The position numbers and the translations under genes were made by a program. From a virus (lineage: Duplodnaviria > Caudoviricetes), in IMG/VR virus record IMGVR_UViG_3300032227_000993: a DNA stretch of 64,000 bases; one strand, written 5' to 3'. Below are positions 43,585 to 59,000 of the stretch, in pieces (position 1 is the first letter of the stretch; every line of letters begins with the position of its first letter). Under the pieces are notes generated by a model that ran no database searches, was not told the DNA's origin, and worked only from the letters and a program-made list of their open reading frames with translations.

Positions 43585-46500
43585 ATGGCAAAGACAACCA
43601 GACAAACTGCGATATTTGGAGTTGAAGATTGGAAAAGAATCTATCAAACTTACTCTGAAGGTAATTTTCAATCGTACGATTTTGAAACGTTGCGCAAGAG
43701 TTTTATTGATTACTTGCGCCAGTACTACCCAGAAACATTTAACGATTACATTGAGTCAAGCGAATTTATTGCCTTGTTAGATGTCATGGCCTTTATGGGA
43801 CAGGCAATAGCCTTCCGTACAGACTTAAATACCCGCGAAAATTACATAGATACAGCAGAGCGCCGTGATTCTGTTGTTAGACTTGCTAACTTGGTAAGTT
43901 ACACTCCTAAACGCAACACTGCAGCCAGCGGATATCTTAAAGTGTTTGCTGTATCCACTACAGAAAACGTGGTAGACTACAACGGCCTCAACCTTGCCAA
44001 CTTAACAATTAACTGGGCCGATCCATCAAACTTTGATTGGCAAGAACAATTTACAGCTATTATCAATGCCGCATTGGTAGATACACAGCGAGTAGGTAAT
44101 CCTGCCAACGATCAAATTATTCTTGGCGTCAATACAAAAGAATACACAATTAATTTAGTTCCTGGTTACTTGCCAGTTGTTCCATATTCGTCAGTTATCA
44201 GTGGTATTAGTATGCCATTTGAAGCAGTAAACGCATCAAGTCTTGGGTCTACTTTTGTTTATGAACCAGCTCCGCTACCCAATGGTAGATTTAATGTGTT
44301 GTATCGTAATGACGAATTGGGATTTGCCAGTGCCAACACAGGTTACTTCTTCTTTTTCAAGCAAGGTATTCTACAAAATCAAGATTTTAATTTAGCAGAA
44401 CGAATTGCTAACCGCACAGTAGATATCAACATTGAAGGCATCAACAACGAAGACGTTTGGCTTTATCAGTTAGACAACGTAGGCAACGTGACCAAAGAAT
44501 GGACTTATGTGCCATCAGTTTACGGGGCCGCCATTGAACAGATGACTCCTAACACTCGTACATTGTTCAGTACCACCAGCCGCACCAATGATCAAATTAC
44601 TTTGACATTTGGTGATGGTGTATTTTCAACCATCCCAGTTGGCCAATTCCGTAATTATGTTCGTGCCAGTAACGGCTTACAATACATTATCAATCCAGAA
44701 GAGATGCAGAGTGTACAAATTCCAATCAGCTATGTCAGTCGCGACGGTGGAATTCAAACCATTACATTTACCTGCGGCATTACTAACCCGGTAAGCAATG
44801 CGGCACCACGTGAAACTATTCAACAAATCAAAGAACGTGCTCCTGCCCGTTACTACACACAAGACCGCATGGTCAACGGCGAAGACTACACAAACTTTCC
44901 GTTTACAACATACAACTCTATTATTAAAAGTGCCGCTCTCAATCGTGCGTCTATTGGAACCAGTCGTTATCTTGATTTAGTAGACAACACAGGAAAATAT
45001 TCTTCAACAAATATTTTTTCTTCAGATGGCGCTTTGTACGAATACAATGCTACTCCAGCTTTTAGATTTACTTGGCAAACAGCCAATGACATTAACAATG
45101 TTATTCTTAATGAAATACAACCTGTGCTAATTGAAGAAGGCGCAAAACAATTTTATTATGCCAACTATCCACGTCCAAGTTTATTAACAATCAACTACAC
45201 CTGGCAAGAAAGTACCACAGTTGTAAATGAAACCACAGGTTATTTTCTTAATAGTGTTGGCACTCCAGCGCCAGTTGGCATTTATGTCAGTAACAATGCC
45301 AAATACATTGTAGAAGGTTCGTTGATTAAATTTACTCCGCCGACTGGTTATTATTTCAACGGTGACAATCAATTGGTTGCCGGAGTTCCTGTTAAAAATG
45401 ATGACAAATTAGTTATTTGGGCCAGCCCTACAGCAATTTATTTTGATGGCACCAACAACGGAGCAGGCAATTTAGCCGACGGCATGGGTCCTGTGGTATT
45501 AAACACGTATGTTCCTACTGGCGCTATTGCCAATCAAGTTATTCCATTGTTTATCACAGATCTTGGAACCACGGTACGCCAAGCCATCGCCAATCAAATT
45601 TTAACCAAGTCTAACTTTGGTCTTGGCTACAACAATCTTACAGCTACCTGGTATGTTATTACTTCCAGCAACATTGATCTCAATGCCCAATTCAGTTTGG
45701 CCAATGCCCAAAGTACAGCAGGTACAAATCTTGATGCCAGTTGGTTTATTCAATGTACCAACGATGGCACAAACTACACCGTTCAAAGTCGTAGTTTAGA
45801 TTATTTCTTTGGCAGCGTATTAGAAACACGCTTCTTCTTTTACACAGCACAACCAATTTATGATAGTCGCACTGGATCTGTTATTTCAGATTTTGTACGA
45901 GTACTTAAAACAAATAGCCAACCTGACAGCAACTATCCATTGGAAGGCGACACAACTTTAAAAATTATTGGACAACCTGTTCTTAGCGACGGCTTGGTTA
46001 ATGACTATCAGGTGTTGGTAAGTTATGCAGATAACAACACCGATGGTATTCCAGATAACCCAGATTTTTTCAATGACATTGTTGCTCCTAATGTGGCCAG
46101 TAATCAAAAATTGGTATTCTTCCAACAAACTGTTGACTTTGATAATCTTGAGCGTTACTTATTGGTAGAACCTGGCGTTGTCAACAGCGACTATCCTACA
46201 CTTGATGCTATTGAACTGGTCAAAGAACAATACGTAACTGGAAAAATATTTTATGCTTACAATCCTACAAATCAAGCAATAACTTCTACTTTTGATTACA
46301 CTCAAGGCACATTTTACACATTAACTGTGTCTTTGACAGGCACAAGAACCTTGACCCAAACTCCTGGCTGGGCTTGTGCTGTTGGCCGCCAGGCCTTGGC
46401 ATTCCAATATCGTCACAATTCACCATTGACCAATCGTATTGATCCAGGATCAACAAACATCATTGACGTTTATGTTGTCACATTAGAATACTACACCGCG

Positions 46501-47028
46501 TATCAAAGATGGATTCAAGATTCTACCAACACCGTAACTCAACCGCTACCACCAACCATTGACGAATTGACCACGGCCTACACAGGATTACAAAACTACA
46601 AAATGATCAGTGATAATATGATTATCAATAGTGTTGACTTCCAGCCGCTGTTTGGGCAAAAAGCCGACCCGGCTCTAAGAGCAACAGTCAAAGTTATTCC
46701 AGCTGCCGGCACATCAGCCAGTAATAATGAAATTAAAAATTTAGTTGTGGCTGCAATGAACGCATATTTTGATATCTCCTTATGGACTTTTGGCGAGACA
46801 TTTTACTTCTCAGAATTAGCGGCATACATACATTCACAAATTGGAACGTATGTGTCATCTGTAGTGTTAGTACCGCTTAACCCGCAAAAGAGTTTTGGAG
46901 ACTTGTATGAAATTCAGTGTGCCCCAAATCAAATTTTTGCCAACGGAGCCACAGTAAATGACATTGAAATCATTACAGCATTAACAAGTACCAATTTACA
47001 AACAGCGCCTGGTAGCGGAGTAATTTAA
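43585..47028 (+). CDS. gp6: Baseplate wedge protein, gp6-like
   Basis: DFETLRKSF..YLR...FNDYIESSE..ALLD...AFRTDLN-RE-YIDTA-RR-SV--LA--V-Y-PKR; ETI-QIK--AP--Y-TQ-R-V--EDY. Confidence 0.88.
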   Translation: MAKTTRQTAIFGVEDWKRIYQTYSEGNFQSYDFETLRKSFIDYLRQYYPETFNDYIESSEFIALLDVMAFMGQAIAFRTDLNTRENYIDTAERRDSVVRLANLVSYTPKRNTAASGYLKVFAVSTTENVVDYNGLNLANLTINWADPSNFDWQEQFTAIINAALVDTQRVGNPANDQIILGVNTKEYTINLVPGYLPVVPYSSVISGISMPFEAVNASSLGSTFVYEPAPLPNGRFNVLYRNDELGFASANTGYFFFFKQGILQNQDFNLAERIANRTVDINIEGINNEDVWLYQLDNVGNVTKEWTYVPSVYGAAIEQMTPNTRTLFSTTSRTNDQITLTFGDGVFSTIPVGQFRNYVRASNGLQYIINPEEMQSVQIPISYVSRDGGIQTITFTCGITNPVSNAAPRETIQQIKERAPARYYTQDRMVNGEDYTNFPFTTYNSIIKSAALNRASIGTSRYLDLVDNTGKYSSTNIFSSDGALYEYNATPAFRFTWQTANDINNVILNEIQPVLIEEGAKQFYYANYPRPSLLTINYTWQESTTVVNETTGYFLNSVGTPAPVGIYVSNNAKYIVEGSLIKFTPPTGYYFNGDNQLVAGVPVKNDDKLVIWASPTAIYFDGTNNGAGNLADGMGPVVLNTYVPTGAIANQVIPLFITDLGTTVRQAIANQILTKSNFGLGYNNLTATWYVITSSNIDLNAQFSLANAQSTAGTNLDASWFIQCTNDGTNYTVQSRSLDYFFGSVLETRFFFYTAQPIYDSRTGSVISDFVRVLKTNSQPDSNYPLEGDTTLKIIGQPVLSDGLVNDYQVLVSYADNNTDGIPDNPDFFNDIVAPNVASNQKLVFFQQTVDFDNLERYLLVEPGVVNSDYPTLDAIELVKEQYVTGKIFYAYNPTNQAITSTFDYTQGTFYTLTVSLTGTRTLTQTPGWACAVGRQALAFQYRHNSPLTNRIDPGSTNIIDVYVVTLEYYTAYQRWIQDSTNTVTQPLPPTIDELTTAYTGLQNYKMISDNMIINSVDFQPLFGQKADPALRATVKVIPAAGTSASNNEIKNLVVAAMNAYFDISLWTFGETFYFSELAAYIHSQIGTYVSSVVLVPLNPQKSFGDLYEIQCAPNQIFANGATVNDIEIITALTSTNLQTAPGSGVI

Positions 47029-50000
47029 TGATAGCAAAAGTTCGGTCGGTTGACTTTTTACCTGAAATATTTCAGACGCCTGTCAACAAGCAATTTTTAT
47101 CAGCGACCTTAGATCAGTTAATTCAAGAACCGCAATTTACTACCACCCAAGGTTACATTGGGCAAAAAGTAGGTCCAGGTGTACAACCAGCTGACTACTA
47201 TGTGGTAGAATCGACCAAGCAACGCACAGATTATCAATTAGAACCTGGTGTTATCAGTGTAAACCCAACTGATGGCAAAATCAGTGATGCCATTACCTAT
47301 CCTGGTATTCTTGATGCCTTATCAACACAGGGAGCCTACACAGACAATGCTACTCGGTTGTTTTCAAGTGAATATTATTCTTGGGACCCGTTTGTTGACT
47401 TTGACAAACTGGTAAATTACAGTCAATACTACTGGTTGCCAGGCGGGCCTCTAGCAGTTGATGTGTCTGCTACAGATATTCCTGCCACTGACGACATCAC
47501 TGTCACAAGAGAAAACGGCGTTTACACGTTCAGTGGATATGCTGGCTCTAATCCAACAATTACTTTATTGCGCAACGGAAGTTACAATTTTATTGTGGCA
47601 CAGAATGACTCTGTTGCTGTAGATTTTCGTGTACAAAACAACGGATCAAGATACTGGATTATTGATTTTGAAAATAATCCAACCCTCACGTTGACTCGTG
47701 GCAACACATACACATTTAATTTGTCAGTGGATGGATTCTACCCATTCTACATTAAAACACAACCCACCTTTGGTACTACCAACGTTTACAACGATGGAGT
47801 TGTCAACAACGGTGCTGCCGAAGGATTGATCACATTCACTGTGCCGCAAGATGCCCCTGACACCCTGTACTATGTAAATCCAGCAGAGTTTAATCTTCGT
47901 GGCACCATGAACATCGTAGATGCCCAACCTGGTACTGGTCCGGGCTTCTGGATCCAAGCAGCGCCAGGAATTTCAGGCCGGTTACCTTGGAGTCCTAACA
48001 TTTCAAGTCGTGATGTATTGGGTGTACTCAACAACGGCACAGATTTAGGCACAGTAACATTCAATGTTCCAGATGCTCTGGCACAGAGTTTTTACACATC
48101 CATGCCTTACATCAACTATCCAACTCCTGGAGTAGGTAAAGTTGATTTAATTGTCAACGATTTATTGTTTAATCAAATTAATGCAATATCAGTAGATCAG
48201 TTTTTAAAAAATAATCCAAATGGCATCGATGGTATTACCAATCTCAATAATCGTACCTTGGTGTTTACTACACAAACAACTGACCCAGACTCTGGCGGTT
48301 GGGAAATTGAATCAGGATTTGACCCTTTGGTTCGAACAACAGGTCAGCAAGTATCAAAAAATATTGGATTCGATGTCACCGGGCAACCCTTTGACGATTT
48401 ACCGTATGATACCATCACCACGGTAATTACAGGGGTGCCAGATCCACAAGATGGAGAAATTGGATCTTTCGATATTCTTCCGCCAAACCCAACAATTCCT
48501 AACCCACCGGCATACAGTGGTTTTGGCGGCGCCACACCAATTACTGACAAAGAAGTTCAGTTCAGTGTATGGCAAATCCAATATGTCAATAATGCCGATG
48601 GTGTGCCATTTATTCAATTGAATAGTATTCTACCAGTTTCTGATTTGACCCAATTTAGTATTTCCTTTGGCTCAGAATATGTCAACACCAATTGGTACAA
48701 AAATTCTTCAGGCTTCTTTGAACAGATGCCTTTGTTAACAGCAACGCTGGATACTGTTTATTATCAAGACGGAACCGATCCTGAAATCTTTGGCCCTATC
48801 AATTTGATTGATGGAGATGTCAACGCATCTATTAATATTTTAACAGACATTCTTGGACAGAAAAATTACACCAGCCCCAACGGTGTGACATTTACCAACG
48901 GTCTCAAAGTTACCTTCCGTGGAAATGTCATTCCAAGCAGTTATCAAAACGAAACCTATTATGTTTATGGAGTTGGGTCCAGTATTACATTAACCCCAGT
49001 TTCGGTATTCATTACTCCCGAACAGTCCACACAGGTAATATCTGTAGGATATGATACAACGCCCTACGATTCTACAGGATTTGATCAGTCGCTGAACGAA
49101 CCTCTCGTGCCCAATTACATGACAATCAATATGGCAAGTATTGATCAGAATCCATGGACTCGTAGCAATCGGTGGTTCCATATTGATGTTATTAGACAAG
49201 CTGCTGCTTACAATCAAACAGCGCCGCTGTTTATCAACGCACAGCGAGCCCGTCGTCCTATTTTAGAATTCCGTGCCAACACACAACTTTACAATTTTGG
49301 AACTGAAGGAATAGCGCCAGTTAATGTGATTGACTTTACAGAAACTGATGCGTTGTCAAACATCAACGGATCTACCGCCTATGCTGTTGACGGATATCAA
49401 TTCCAACAAGATAGCTTGGTTGTTTTTGCGGCCGACACAGATCCCAATGTACGAAATCAGGTGTATCAAGTTAATTTTATTGTAGTAGACCCATCGACAT
49501 CAACAGTACCTATTATTGATCTAGTTCCAACTTCTTACAGCCCAGTACAAGCAAATCAGAATACTGTATGTTTAAGTGGAACCACACTCAAAGGTGTAAG
49601 CTATTATTACACTGGTACTGAATGGATAGAAACACAACAAAAAACAAAAACTAATCAACCACCGTTGTTTGATGTCTACGATGCCGCCGGTTACAGTTTT
49701 GGCAATACAACACAATATCCAAGTACTAACTTTACTGGTTGTAAATTATTCAGCTATGCCGAAGATACCAACAACACCGTAGATCCAGTATTAGGAATTC
49801 CTTTGGCATTTTTTAGTCTAAACAATATTGGTGATATTGAGTTTAGTAATAATTTGTACACTGATACTTTTGTTTACACACCGGTATCCTCAGGTGTTAC
49901 AGTAGATGTCAGTTCAGGTTTTGTTAGACAGTACTCAACTAGAGAACTATATATTCGTGAAATTGGCTGGCAAACAGCAGCAATACCATCAACACAGCGC

Positions 50001-53000
50001 CAGCAATTCCAATTTACCTATGACGGCAATCCATTACAGTTAGATATTTTAGTTTCATCTGAAACTATTGTAACACCTATTCAAATTTTTATCAATAATG
50101 AATATCAAACACCCAATACCTATGCTGTAACTACCAATACCACTTCTAATACCACATCAATTAGATTGACCGGTACAGGATATGTTGTGGGCGATATCAT
50201 TGAGGTATTGGTATTGAGCGATCAAACAAGCGCACAAGCCTTTTATGAAGTGCCTATCAACCTTGAAAACAATCCATTCAATGCCAACTCGCCTTTCTTT
50301 ACACTTGGAACTATTCGTGGCCACTATGGCACCATCTGTGAGAATTTAATTGAACTCCGTGGCCCTATCAATGGTGCCAATAACAGTCGCGACCTTGGTG
50401 ATATTGTTCCTTACGGCACACAAATTGTACAACAGTCTGCTCCACTGACATTGGCTGGATATTTCCTTCGCAGTAACGAATACAATATTTTTGCGTCTAT
50501 TGAATACAATAGTCGTGAATACATCAAGTACAAAAATAAATTGTTGACCACTGTGGCCAACATGGATATCAGCACAACAATGACTGTGCCAGAAATTCTT
50601 GATACAGCACTTTTACAAATCAATGCTAGTCTTACCAGCTCCAGTCCGTTTTACTGGAGTGATATGTTACCGGTAGGAACCAATTTCACATCAAATTCTA
50701 CTACGATAACACCAATTAGCACACAAACATTTAATACTATTCAAACTTATGATTTTACATCATCTAACTATCTAGGTTTATTGGTATATCTTAATGGCAT
50801 TTTATTATTGCGTAATACAGATTATACAGTATCTGTAGATGCTCCTAAATTAACAATTTTAGTTCCGTTGAGTGTGGGTGATGTGGTTACAATCGATGAG
50901 TATCCTACCACAGTAGGCAACTGGTGTCCTAATACACCAACAAAGATGGGCTTGTATTCTAAGTATCGTCCTGAGATTTTCCTTGATGAAACCTACACTT
51001 CTCCTACTCTTGTAATTCGTGGGCATGATGGATCTATAACAGTGGCGTTTACTGATATCCGTGATGAAGTATTATTAGAATTTGAAAAACGCATTTACAA
51101 TAACATTAAAGTTGACGATAATCCAATTCCGCTTTCGACAGATCAAGTTACTCCCAACTTCTTCCCAGCAGAAACCACTGGATTGTTACCAGGCTTTTTC
51201 CGACCAACACCATACACTTTCACAGAAATTAACACAATTTTAAGTCAAAGTTTCTTGACCTGGGTTGGTCAAAATAATCTTGATTACACTCAGCAAGATT
51301 ATCAGGAAACTGATCCATTCACATACAACTACAGCCAATCTGGCAATCGTATCAATGAACAACTATTGCTAGGCAACTGGCGCGGCATTTACCGTTATTT
51401 CTACGACACAGAAACACCTAATCTCACACCATGGGAAATGCTTGGCTTCTCTGAAATGCCTGCGTGGTGGGAATTACGTTATGGTCCAGCTCCTTACACC
51501 AGTGGCAACCTGGTGCTGTGGGATGATTTAAGAATAGGTTTAGTTGCGGATCCAGTGGCACCCTACATACTTTCTGAATATGCTCGCCCTAGCCTGATCA
51601 TGAAAGGTGTGATCTCAGTAGCGGTAATCAATGGCGGATCAGGATACACTTCGCCACCTGTGGCAGTCATTTCAGCCCCACCTGCTGGCCGTGATTTTAT
51701 AGCAGCTCAGTTGGGTACTCCAGTGATTCAAAATGGCGTAATTGTGTCAATTCCAGTGATTAATTCTGGTAGAGGATACGAAACACCTCCAACAATTTCT
51801 ATTATTCCTGCCGCAGGAGATACCACCGGTACCGGAGCCACTATCACAGCCACAATCGATACGGTTGTTTCAATTCTGCCGGTTGGTTCCGAAGGCGAAT
51901 TATTGTCACCGCTTGAGTCACTAATTGGTTTCTACGATAATCTAACCTTTAAGAAATCCTGGGTAGCTGGTGACGGCGGCCCTGTACAGGCTTCCTGGTG
52001 GAAATCAAGTTCATATCCATTTGCCATCATGCGTATGTTGGCTCTTACCAAGCCGGCAGAATTTTTTGCCTTGTATGCCGATCGCGACTTGTACCGTTAC
52101 AACACTGAGTTAGGGCAATTCCTTTACAACGACCGCTATCGTTTAGATGCCAACGGTGTCCAAGTGTATGGCAATGGCATTTCAAAAGCATCCTACATCA
52201 ACTGGATTGTAGATTACAACCGACAATTGGGTATCAATTCAACTGACACACTTACTACGGCTCTGGCCAATTTAGATGTTCGTCTATGCTATCGTATTGG
52301 CGGCTTCTCTGATCCGGTGTATCTTGCGGTTTACACCGAACGCAATGGTCCAGGATCAACAAATAATTCCTTGTTAATTCCGCCCGAAAGCTATGAAATT
52401 TTATTCTACAAGAACCAACCATTTGATCAGCTTACTTACAGCGCACTCATCATTGAACAGACACAAAATGAAAACGGCGTAATAACATATTCTGTTTATG
52501 GTTACAGTAACATGCAACCTTACTTCAATGTCCAGGTTAGTAGCCCTGTTGGATTGTATGAAACATTAGAAGCTGGCGGACTTGCTGTACAAGTGCCAAT
52601 ACAATACACACAAAATGTAGCCCAAGTTCCTTATGGATACTCATTTACCAATGCTGCTGGTGTTTGCGATTTTATTTTGGGATACGGTACATATCTTGAA
52701 AGCCAAGGACTAATATTTGATGATCGATTCAACGGATATGAACTAAACTGGAAGCAAATGGCCAAAGAGTTCTTGTACTTTGCGGCACAAGGCTGGGCTC
52801 CGGGCACAATGATAAATCTAAATCCAGTGGCTACCACTCTTAAAGCAGTCAAGCCAATCAGCATTGTTGATACCATTGCCAGCCTTACACCTGAAAATAT
52901 GTTGCTTGATCAATATCGTTTCGTATTGGAAGCTCGTAATTTAGTTATTAATCGTGAAAACAATGTATTCTCTATCACTTCAACCAATGGCCAAACAATT

Positions 53001-56000
53001 AGTTTTATAACATTGCGCTATACCAACTACGAAGACATGATTGTATTTGATAATACAAGTCAGTACAATGATTTAATTTATGATCCCAGCACCGGTGCTC
53101 GTCAAACACGATTGAGTTTTAATGCCTTTGTTACTACTGAGTGGGATGGTCAATTAAATGCCCAGGGCTTTATTACTAATTTAGACAATGTTAAACAATG
53201 GGAAACATATCAAAAGTACACCAAAGGCGACATTGTTCTATACAAAAATACCTACTGGCAGGCCTTGGACATTGTCCAGCCTTCTGAAGAATTTAACTAC
53301 AATTCGTGGACCAAGAGTGATTATCAATTAATCGACCGAGGATTATTGCCTAACTTGGCCAACAAAGCAGATCAGCTGGCCAACACATATTCTATCTACG
53401 ATATCAATTTAGCCAGTGACAATGATTTATTTGCGTTTGGATTAATTGGTTTCCGTCCACGCCAGTATATGTCAGATTTAAATCTGGACAGCGTGACACA
53501 GGTTCAACTGTACCAGCAATTTTTAGGTACCAAAGGAACAGTTCGTGCCGCAGAAATCTTCAGTCGAGCAGATCTTGGCAAAGAGTCTGGCGAATATCAA
53601 ATTTATGAAAATTGGGCTGTACTGGCTGGCACCTACGGGGCACAAGCCAATAAAAGTTTCTTTGAATTAAATCTAAATGAAGCGGATCTTAGATCTAATC
53701 CAAGTACAGTACAAATCATCAACCCAGGCGAAACAAGCCAAGCCGACCAGGCTATTTTGTTACAAAATATCTGGAGAGAAAGTTACAAAATCAACTCAAC
53801 TGATATTTTGCCTACTGTGTACGAAAGCGGCAACGGCTTCCCATCAGCTGGTTATGTTTCTCTTGATGATGTAGATATCACAGTATTTGATATTAAAAAT
53901 CCTGCAGCCATTGCCGCAGATATTGAAACTATTGGCATTGGAACCTACATCTGGATTGCCAAAATTAATCCCTACAACTGGGGCGTGTACCGCACAAACA
54001 AAGTACCAGGTCAACTGTCAGTAATAAGTGACAATTATGATGGCACAAGTATTGCGTTGTTTACCACGGCTCACGGATTAACCACCGGCGATACCATTGT
54101 TATTAGAGAATTTAATCTCAGTGTCAACGGTGTTTATCGTGTGTTATCTACTCCGTCAATCACCACAATCACCATCGCATTTGCTTTTGTCAATACAAAT
54201 CAAACATCTGTGTCTGGCACAGGAATAGTGTATGAATTACAAAGTGCTCGAGTAAGTCAAGCCAGTGATATTGCTACTTTGCCTTATGTCAATCGTTTGA
54301 TTCCTGGAGAAAAAGTCTGGGTAGATGACAACGGTGATGGCCTGTGGGAAGTGCTTGAAAAACAATCTCCGTTTACTCTCAGCAATACTCTTATCTCAGG
54401 ATTAACAGCCACAGCCAACTATGGACTCAGTGTAGCTCAAACAGTTGACAGCATTGCCGCCTTGGTAGGCGCTCCTGGAGCAGCCAGCGGCACTGGATTG
54501 GTGTACACTTATGTCCGCGATATCAACTTGGATTACATCTTTAATGGTGTAATAAGTTTAACTGCTACTGGCACCGCGGGCTTTGGTAACATTGTCTTTA
54601 TTGGAAATCAAAATTGGGCCGCAGTTGGAGCAAGTTTAAGTAACAGCGGCGCAGGGTATGTTGCTGTGATGTATCGTGTGAGTGGTAGCAGTGATTTTAC
54701 TATTACACAACTATTAGTGGCACCAGATTTGAATTTTTCTAACATTGGCTTTGGTGCTGCTGTTACAATCAGTGATGATGAGCGTTGGATGTACATAAGT
54801 GCCCCGTCAATCAATACTGTCTATGCCTACCAGCGGATTGAGGTACAAAGTCAAACCGCATCATACATTACCAACGGATTGACAAATACATTCAACTACA
54901 GCAATACCATTCAAATTGATCCAACAAATCCAAATCAATTAAGTGTTACACTTGGCCGTAGAACTTGTATTCTTGGCATTGACTACAACATTAACGATTC
55001 AGTTGTAATTTTTGAATATATTCCGGCCGCTGGACAATCATTGATTGTTTCACGCAACTTGACATCACAGCTTGATGCCACTACATATTATGACATTCAC
55101 CAAAATTCAACCAGCGGAATAGGTACTGGAGCAGTATTTGTAATATCTAATATACGTGGTACCTATTCTGTGGCATTAGATAATGGCGGAGTTGCTTATG
55201 CTGTTGGCAATACACTAACAATTAGCTACACACAAATTTCCCCCACAGGATCTGCTGCTAATAATTTAACAATCACCGTGACATCGGTTGATGGCGTTGG
55301 TGGCATTACTGAATTTACCTTTGCTGGTTCAGGAGTAGCAAATACATCTGTGTTTGCTCTTGATACAACATTGTACACTGCAACTACTATTGAAACATTC
55401 TCAATCGTGGTTAATCAAGAAATTCAACGTCCATACATTGATTATACATTCAATGAAACTACAACACAAGTTACTTTTATAACTGTTCCGCCTGCCGGAG
55501 CAACTATTATTGCCAATGCTGGATCATACTGGCAATATCTTGATACTGTCAACAACCCTGCTTCTACTGCTGGCGACAACTATGGCGCAAGTTTATCAAC
55601 ATCAACTGACGGTCGATTATTGGTTGTTGGAGCTCCGCAGGCAGAAGCCGATGGTATTATTGAAGCTGGACAGGTTTACACTTACGATCGTAGTGTAACT
55701 CGTTATCTTGTTACCGACGCTGCTCAACTAACCTATGCTATTCCAACACCTGTAACCCAACCTATTGCAGTAAGTGTAAATGGTACGTTCCTACTATCAA
55801 CCAACCAGGCTGTTGACGGACAATACAGCGTGAGCGGCAGTAATGTGTTGTTTACCAATATTACCCTTAATGTAGGCGACAACATTGAAATTGAAACAAA
55901 TCAATTTACGCTGTTGCAGAGTTTTAATTCAAGCACACCGTCTTACCAAGCAACATATGGAACAGCCGTTGATACGTGTCCACAGAATTGTAGTTTTTAT

Positions 56001-59000
56001 GTTGGCGCTCCGCTTGACAGTACCTATTTGGCGCAGTCAGGATCAGTTGATCATTTGGTCAATCAATCAAGAGTCTACGGAGTAACAACATCAACCATTG
56101 CTAATCCAGCATTGACCGGCGGAGATAATATTCGTATCAACGACATCGCTTTAAGAATTCCAGATGCTCCGTACAATAATGTTGAAGGTTTAGCAGCCGC
56201 TATTAATACAGCAGACATTCCAAATGTAATAGCCACAGCCACTTCAAATCTTGAATTTGTAGGCGACGGCATAACTACCGCCTATGACATCGGAACACTT
56301 TATTCCGCAGCAGCTTCATACACCACGGTAGTTTACATTTCAGATTCGTTGCAGGTTGAGGGAGTAGACTATTCGTATGATCCAGCAACACAAAAAATTT
56401 ATTTTGTAGTTGCTCCAACAGCAGGAACTTTGATTGTTATTGTGTCGGGTCGTATTACAATTTCCGTACAAAATCAAGCGGCAGCCAACCCGTCGGCCAT
56501 GCTCACTGTATTGCCGGGTAATATTGGCACAGCATTTGATGAGCTTGGATTTAATACCTTTGTATTCACACAACAAATTCTCAGCCCAGCACCTACTGTG
56601 TATGGCCTATTTGGATCATCACTTAGCATAGATTCAAGTGCTGTTAATTTAGTAGTTGGTTCACCAAACGGCAATGTTTACGAACCAATGATATTTGACA
56701 ATGGCAACACTTATTTTGATGATCGTAGCACCACATTCTACAATCCAATTCCTAATAGTGGAGTAGCCTACACATACGATTATTTCCCAAGCAGTAAAAA
56801 ATCAATCCTTACTCCGGGACAATTTGCTTTTGGCCAACAAATTTACAATACAAAGGAACAAACTGGCGATTCGTTTGCATTCTCAGTAAATTACACCACA
56901 GGCAGATTATTGGTTGGCGCATTAGGAGATATTAACAATACTGCCTATGGTTATTCTACAGTATTTAGAAACTACACCAACTCACCAGCCTGGGCACAAA
57001 TCCGTGTTCAACAGCCGGTGGTAAATGTTGATCAAATCAATAGTGTGTTTATGTACAATAGATTATTAAACAGCACACAAACCTACTTTGATTTTATTGA
57101 TCCGCTACAAGGCAAGATCCTTGGAGCCGCACGTCGCAACATTGACTACATTGGCGCTGTAGATCCTGCTCAATACAACACAGGCCCTGTACACAATAAC
57201 GGCAATCAGTGGGGAAGCGAACACATTGGAGAAATGTGGTGGGATACCGACACAGTAAGATTTATTGATCCAAACCAGGATGACATAGTGTATGCCAGTC
57301 GCAAATGGGCCTCGTCATTTCCTGGCAGCAGGGTAGACATCTATCAATGGATCAGTAGTGATGTTCCGCCGGCAAGTTACACTGGCGCAGGAACACCCTT
57401 GGGCAATGCAAGCTATACTGTAGGATCAGTATTGGGACAAAATAATGTATTCCAGACAATTTACTACTATTGGGTTCGTGGCCTTACTACCATTGCTGAA
57501 GGCTCTGGCAAAACACTAAGTTCATCTGGTATTTCAAGTTACATTCTTGATCCGCGCAATAGTGGCATACCATACATTGCTGCTCTCAACGCAAATACCA
57601 TAGCACTTTACAATGCCGCTCCGTATTTGTCAGCCGACACTTCTATTATTAGCATAGGTTTTGATCGTGTGCTTACAAGTGCCAATATTCATCAAGAATA
57701 CGAACTTATTGCTGATGGAATTGCTGATTCGTTCTTGAATACAAACTTGCATCGTAAATTCCTTGACAGTTTCTGCGGAGTCAATGCAGCAGGCGCTCTT
57801 GTGCCTGATCCAAACTTGCCCAAAGGCGAGCGGTACGGAGTTCAATTCCTTCCACGCCAGTCAATGTTTGTTGATAGATTTGCAGCCTTACAAAATTATC
57901 TTGGTCGAGCCAATACTATTCTCAAACAATTTCCTATTGTTGAAATGCGATCTTTCAGTTTACTCAATGCGGCTGAGCCTGTTCCGCAGTCAACAGTTAT
58001 TGTTGACGGAACCACAGTAACTGTTTGGAATTTGGAAGTTGCTAACCTTGAAATTTTAGCCTTCCAAAATTTAGCCGCAGTTCCTGTGGGCTACAAATAT
58101 CTTGTGTTGTCAGACAGCAGTCAAGATGGCCGCTGGACAATTTACACAGTTACTGAATCAAGAACATTGATGTTGTCTCGAGTTCAAAGTTATGACACTC
58201 CATTGTATTGGTATTACACTAACTGGTATTTGCCTGGCTACAACAGCAGTACAGCACCAAAAGCCGCAGTTCAGCTATTTGCTGATTTGGCATCATTAAG
58301 CTACACAGTAGTGCCAATAGGCGCCAGTGCTCGCGTCATCAATAACGGCGCTGGAAAATATGAAATTTATCTTCGCACAGGATTAAATCCAACAACAGAT
58401 TGGCAGCGAGTTGGCTTAGAAGACGGAACAATACAATTTAAAGAAGAATTATGGGATTATGCTCTTGGCGGCTTTGGATTTGATTCTGAAGTGTTTGATG
58501 CACAATACTTTGATGAAGAACCAGTTGTAGAAACACGCTACATACTTCGCGCTCTTAACGAAGAAATTTATGTAGACGAATTAGCCATTGAGCGTAATAA
58601 AGCACTCATGTTGATGTTTAATTTTGTGTATACAGAATTTACAAGCCCTGAATGGTTGACTAAAACCAGTTTAGTGGATGTCAATCACAAGATTCGTTCA
58701 TTGTTACCATACCAAACTTATCTACAAGATAATCAAAACTTTGTTCTTCAGTACTTTAACGAGGTCAAACCATATCACGTACAAGTACGCCAGTTCAATT
58801 TAATTTATTCTGGTGACGATACCTACCAAGGTGATGTAACCGATTATGATGTACCAGCCTTTTACAATCGTGATTTGGAAATTCCGCAATTTGTTAGCCC
58901 AATACTAACACCGTATGATTTGTCTCAAGTGTCTACACCCACCAACACTTTCAGCAATACTGAGCCAGACGCACAAATTTGGCTTGAAACTCCGTGGAAT

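Noticed and set aside
47311-47321. Extra TAAGGCATCAA copy (and an 8-mer at ~48725)
   Set aside because: It lies inside coding sequence (L-D-A-L) on the non-transcribed sense and is treated as chance. It does show that short matches to the motif occur, so only the 16/17 and 12/12 intergenic matches were used.
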